A DNA stretch of 63,774 bases, the filler included, from Octopus bimaculoides (taxonomy: Eukaryota): NCBI RefSeq assembly GCF_001194135.2. It is 11 parts of 11 records of this genome, joined end to end, with 100 filler letters (N's around TTAATTAATTAA, not from the genome) between each part and the next. Parts side by side here need not be neighbours in the genome. Positions count along the whole stretch, not along the records: positions 62,605 to 63,774 come from NC_069000.1; 10 more parts are not named here. The stretch is one strand, 5' to 3'. Each line of letters starts with the position of its first letter. The first letter of the stretch is position 1. Below are positions 62,605 through 63,774 of the stretch, in pieces. The notes under the pieces were generated by a model, which saw only the letters and a list, made by a program, of their open reading frames with translations, did no database searches and was not told where the DNA came from. The position numbers were made by a program, and so were the translations under genes.

Positions 62605-62820
62605 GACAGTTTTTCCATAGCATTTGTAACTGCATCCAGTTCTATTTAGCAATTCTGTTAAAGGTGTGAGTGCCAGGCAGAACAGGAGTGGAGAGAGCGT
62701 GTCTCCCTGGAATATTCCTCTTCTAATGGGGATGGCTTTCGTTTTCACAAGTCCCTCTTTTGTTTGGAGCTGTAGCACTGTCTGCCATTTGTTCATTGAG
62801 TGCTCTATGTATTTTATGAT
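62605..62820 (-). mobile_element. R4/Dong-clade non-LTR retrotransposon RT fragment, 5'-truncated at a long (TAA)n array
   Basis: KYIEHSMNKWQTVLQL...IPIRRGIFQGDTLSPLLFCLALTPLTELLN. GIFQGDxLSPLLFCL is typical of R4-clade RT; open frame. Confidence 0.85.
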
Positions 62821-62827
62821 AATGATA

Positions 62828-62913
<86 letters not shown>

Positions 62914-62960
62914 CTTCTTTGTTGTTGTTGTTGTTGTTATTATTATTATTATTATTATTT
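62821..62960. repeat. (ATT)n/(GTT)n microsatellite
   Basis: Direct reading. Confidence 0.95.
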
Positions 62961-63774
62961 TCAGGATTGCTGTATGATGTAACGAAATCATTGAAACTTG
63001 TCTTCTACATAAGCGGATCGTGCCAGTTGTTGGCAGTTGCCTGCATCTTTATTATTTGGTATCGTATGCGAAAGTCTCAGCAATAAAAATATTATTTATT
63101 CTTCATATTCCAATTCATGTCGCTGTTTTCTTCGTTTCTTTTCTCGTTTCGATTCAGCTGTCTTATCTCATTTATCCCGTCTATGTTATTGATCTGCGCT
63201 GATCGAACAATATCGATTAGATTTCATTCCACAATTAAAAAAAAATAGAAAGAAATCAAAGTTGTTTCTTTATCTATGATTTAGGCCGTAAGAAGATTCC
63301 GAGGATCGAATTGAGGATTTTCCCTTCAATCAAACATCGTTAACATTTTGAAGTACTAAGAGCTAACTTAAGGAAACTCTTTGCTTTCTGTGGAGCATAA
63401 GCTATCAATAATGAGTCGTTATAAACGCGCGATTCACCAGTGAAAGATGATTCTGAGACTCCACTGCATTTCGATCTTATTGTGAGTCTCTTCAGTCAAA
63501 GCTACCCCGTCGAAGGGAGGATGTTCTCCGATGACGAAAAATAACTACGATCAAATATTCAATCTCGAAAAAGGACTAAGAAAATAACTTTGAATTCTTC
63601 AGAATTTGCAATCATCTTTGAAATCCGTGTTGCTTATTTTGAATTTTTGATCACCTATCCTTTTGGAATGGTTTTTGTATAATACCATACCATACGATAT
63701 TCTGGTGCCTACGCATAAGCACCATATTCAATCCTGAATCTAAATCTAAACCTTCTATATATATATATATATAT

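Overview
Eukaryotic, AT-rich draft genomic DNA dominated by repeats and microsatellites, with many N gaps. The SINE families and simple-repeat density suggest an octopod cephalopod (inference). From 31.9 kb onward, ten identical 100-bp spacers (44 N + TTAATTAATTAA + 44 N) join short contigs, so adjacency across them cannot be trusted. Almost all long ORFs in the track are gap or microsatellite artefacts. Recognisable host coding sequence is limited to one clear trypsin-family serine-protease exon (39473-39662, plus two tentative downstream exons) and one cytochrome P450 (CYP2-clan-like) exon (55889-56008). The rest is transposon debris: at least five tRNA-derived SINE families, Tx1/L1-, CR1-, RTE- and R4/Dong-type LINE fragments, piggyBac, Tigger/pogo and Tc1 transposase remnants, MITEs and Helitron ends. 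The most notable signal is a ~346-nt non-coding unit at 17911-18282, repeated at 18638-19018. It carries a complete type I hammerhead ribozyme inside a long G-U-containing stem, has a 12-nt terminal redundancy and an (ATT)n tail, and resembles a Penelope-derived or retrozyme-like element. Two further hammerhead-like cores occur at 8152-8184 and 21831-21880.
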